A stretch of DNA of 64,000 nucleotides from Dipteris shenzhenensis. Lineage: Eukaryota. How positions within the stretch are numbered: the first letter of the stretch is position 1; each line of letters starts with the position of its first letter. Shown here piece after piece: positions 61,126-64,000 of the stretch. Both the position numbers and the translations under genes were made by a program. The notes below the pieces were generated by a model. The model had not been told where the DNA came from. It did no database searches and saw only the letters and a list, made by a program, of their open reading frames with translations. The DNA is taken from NCBI GenBank assembly GCA_047967505.1, contig CM106538.1; one strand, given 5' to 3'.

Positions 61126-64000
61126 TGTGAGGACACAATGGAAGCTGAGAGGGAGAGAGGGAGCTTGAGAGACACAAGTTTTGGTGGGTGCAAAATACCT
61201 TAATCTTCTATTTCATACATATATATATGTGTTTGAGTATTGTACATAACCGGGGTTAAGGTACAATGGCCTTTATTAACCCCCACAACCTCCCACTTAA
61301 AGGCCAATGTGCCTTTAAGGGAGAACAACCAATGAGCATACTATCCAATGCCCATCAATACATGATAATACTCAAACCAATGACTAGGTAGACTCTTTAT
61401 CAACATATCTGTAGGGTTATGATCTGTATGAGCCTTGACAATCTCTATGTGCTTGTCCTCAAAGTACCTCCCTGATAAAATGGTACCTGATCTCAATGTG
61501 TTTGGTCTTTGCATGAAAGACCAGATTCCATGCTAGCTAAATAGCACTCATGGAATCACTATGCAATGTCAATACACCTGTATGAGTCCCCAAATCTCTC
61601 ACTAGCTAATCAAGCCATATAGCCTCCTTGCAACCCTCTGTGGCTGCAACATACTCGGCCTCTATGATAGACAAAGCAATGCAATTCTGTGCACGAGACA
61701 TCCATGACACTATACCACCTGCAAAGGTGAACACATAACCAGAACTGAATCTCTTGCTATCAACATGCCCTGCATAGTCGGAATCTGTGTATCCAAATAC
61801 ACGCATCTCTCCTTTGCCAAAGTAGATACACACCTCCTTGGTACCCTTCATGTACCTCATGATGCACTTAACTTCCTCCCAATGCCTCTTTCTTGAATTA
61901 GCCATATACCGGCGGCTAATAACTCCCACTGCAAATGCAATGTCCGGTCTAGTAGCTATCATAGCATACATAAGACTCCCAACCGCTGATGCATACGGAA
62001 CCTTGGCCATCATGGCCCTCTCCTCATCTGATTTGGGACTATCTACCTGACTCAGTTTCACATATGGAGGAAATGGAGTGCTTACTGCCTTCCCCCCTCC
62101 ATATTGAAACACTACAACACTTTTGTAACATACTCCTTCTGTGAAAGCCAAAGGAGTTTCCTACTCCGATCACACGTGATGCGCGTACCAAGAATATGAC
62201 CTGCAGGTCCCAAAACTTCCATGTTAAAGGCCTCATGCAACTTGGCCTTCAATGCATCAAGCTCATAAGTGTTCTTGCTAGCCAATAACATACCATCCAC
62301 ATAAAGTACCAGGAGTATCAGGCTATTATCCTAAGCCCTTTTAGTGTAGAGGCAATGATCAATCTCACTTCTTCTGCAACCTTGGGACCGAATGAAAGCA
62401 TCAAACTTGTGATACCATTCTCTAGGTGCTTGTTTAAGGCCATAGAGACTCTTTTTTAGCTTGCAAACCAAATGCTCTTTGCCCTTTTCTTCAAAGCCTT
62501 CTGGCTATATCATATAAATTTCCTCATGCAAATCCCCATGCAAGAAAGCTGTCTTGACATCCATCTACATAAGCTCCATATCCTCTATTGCCACAAGTCC
62601 AAGTACACATCTAAGTGTGGTCATCTTTATAACCAAAGAGAATATCTCATCAAAGTCCACACCTTTCTCTTGCTTGAGCCCTTTAGCAACCAAACAGTCC
62701 TTGTACTTGGGCACATCATCACCTGTGACCTTCATCTTGTAGACCCATTTACATAAGCTCCATATCCTCTATTACCACAAGTCCAAGTACACATCTAAGT
62801 GTGGTCATCTTCACAACCAAAGAGAATATCTCATCAAAGTCCACACCCTTCTCTTACTTGAGCCCTTTAGCAACCAAACAGGCCTTGTACTTGCGCACAT
62901 CATCACCTGTGACCTTCATCTTGTAGACCCATTTACATGGCAATGCTTTTTTTTCATGTGGTAAAGAAACCAAGTCCCAAGTCTTATTCTTTATGAGTGA
63001 ACTCATCTCTAATTGCATAGCATACTCCCACTTGCGCTGATCCTCACGCATCATAGCCTCTTTGTAGAGCAAGAAGGCTCCCCGCAATCAGTAAGCATCA
63101 CATAGTCTACCCCTGGAACAAATCTCTCAAGCAGTCTAGTCACTCTAGATGTTCTTCTCAAGGGCATTTCAACTTGCTATCCCTCCTACATATCAGCCAC
63201 ATTTGGCTCATCATTGCCACTAATAGATGATCCATCATCTGCCCTTGATTGTGTACTTGTGGGTGTATCTGGTGGCACCATTTCTTGCACATTTGGTGCA
63301 TGGACATCTTGCTGTCTATCAACATATGCGGGTGGATTCACATCCTAGAAAGTGATTCTCCTCATTTCCACATCCCTCATGGATGTAATGCATCTTCTTC
63401 TCATTGAAGACCACATCATGGCTTTGTATGGTTTTCTTTGCTTCTGGATCCCAGAGACGATAGCCCATCTCTCCACTTTCACCATAACCTAGAAAGATGC
63501 ATTTCCTAGACTTAGGATCTAGCTTCTTCTGAAGCTCTTTTGGCACATGCGCATATGCCTCACACCCAAATATATGCAAATGAGAGTAAGAGGGCTTCTT
63601 GCCACTCCATGCCTCTTCAGGAATACCACCATCCAAACTCCTGCTAGGTGATCTATTGATCACATGCACTGCAGTCTTCATTGCCTCGGCCCAAAAACCA
63701 CCAGAAAGACTTGCATTGGAAAGCATACATTGCAACCTTTCTTGAATGGTGTGATTCATCTGTTCTGCAACTGGATTCTGCTCTAGAGTACGAGGGGACG
63801 TGAGCTCCCTCTTAATCCCATGTGTATCATAGAAATGCTGAAAGTCATGAGAGACATACTCTCCACCATTATCTCCGTAGGCATTTAAGTGTTCTACCTG
63901 ACTGATTTTCAGCCAAAGCCAACCATTTTTGAAATACCTGGAACACATCACTCTTTCGAGCTATAGCATAAGCCCAAACTTTCCTAGTTGCATCATTAAT
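61126..64000 (-). mobile_element. Copia inserted into the preceding Copia (3' LTR 61126-61287, RNase H, RT, integrase); continues beyond the window
   Basis: PPT aagtgggaggt then tgtgggg...tcaca; YTDSDYAG, TRPDIAFAV, DNGGEY, FWAEA, FGCEAYAHVPKE. Confidence 0.93.
62571..62938. repeat. 184-bp tandem duplication within RT
   Basis: 62571-62754 is nearly identical to 62755-62938; both bounded by TACAT microhomology. Confidence 0.92.

Overview
Eukaryotic, transposon-saturated land-plant nuclear DNA. It is probably a large-genome non-seed plant such as a fern; this is inferred from the PPR style and intron size and is not proven. Two host genes are supported. (1) A minus-strand NADP-malic enzyme gene has coding exon 1 at 27826-27980 and exon 2 at 698-818. 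They are joined by a phase-matched 27,007-bp intron filled with Copia, Gypsy and LINE insertions. (2) An intact PLS-E class PPR gene (putative organellar RNA-editing factor) lies at 54626-57070. Between the two genes are a decayed minus-strand gene and a ~10.5-kb Helentron-type element. The decayed gene combines a ParB/DGQHR-like motif, a possible degenerate beta-class methyltransferase fold, a Ulp1/C48 protease and an S/T-P-K repeat tail (~38.6-43.1 kb). The Helentron-type element carries an RPA70-like gene, a Rep-helicase-APE endonuclease gene and a nested TTAA-flanked TIR element. Further Copia elements occupy 32.8-34.6 kb and 57.7-64 kb. All calls come from manual reading and translation; no searches were run.
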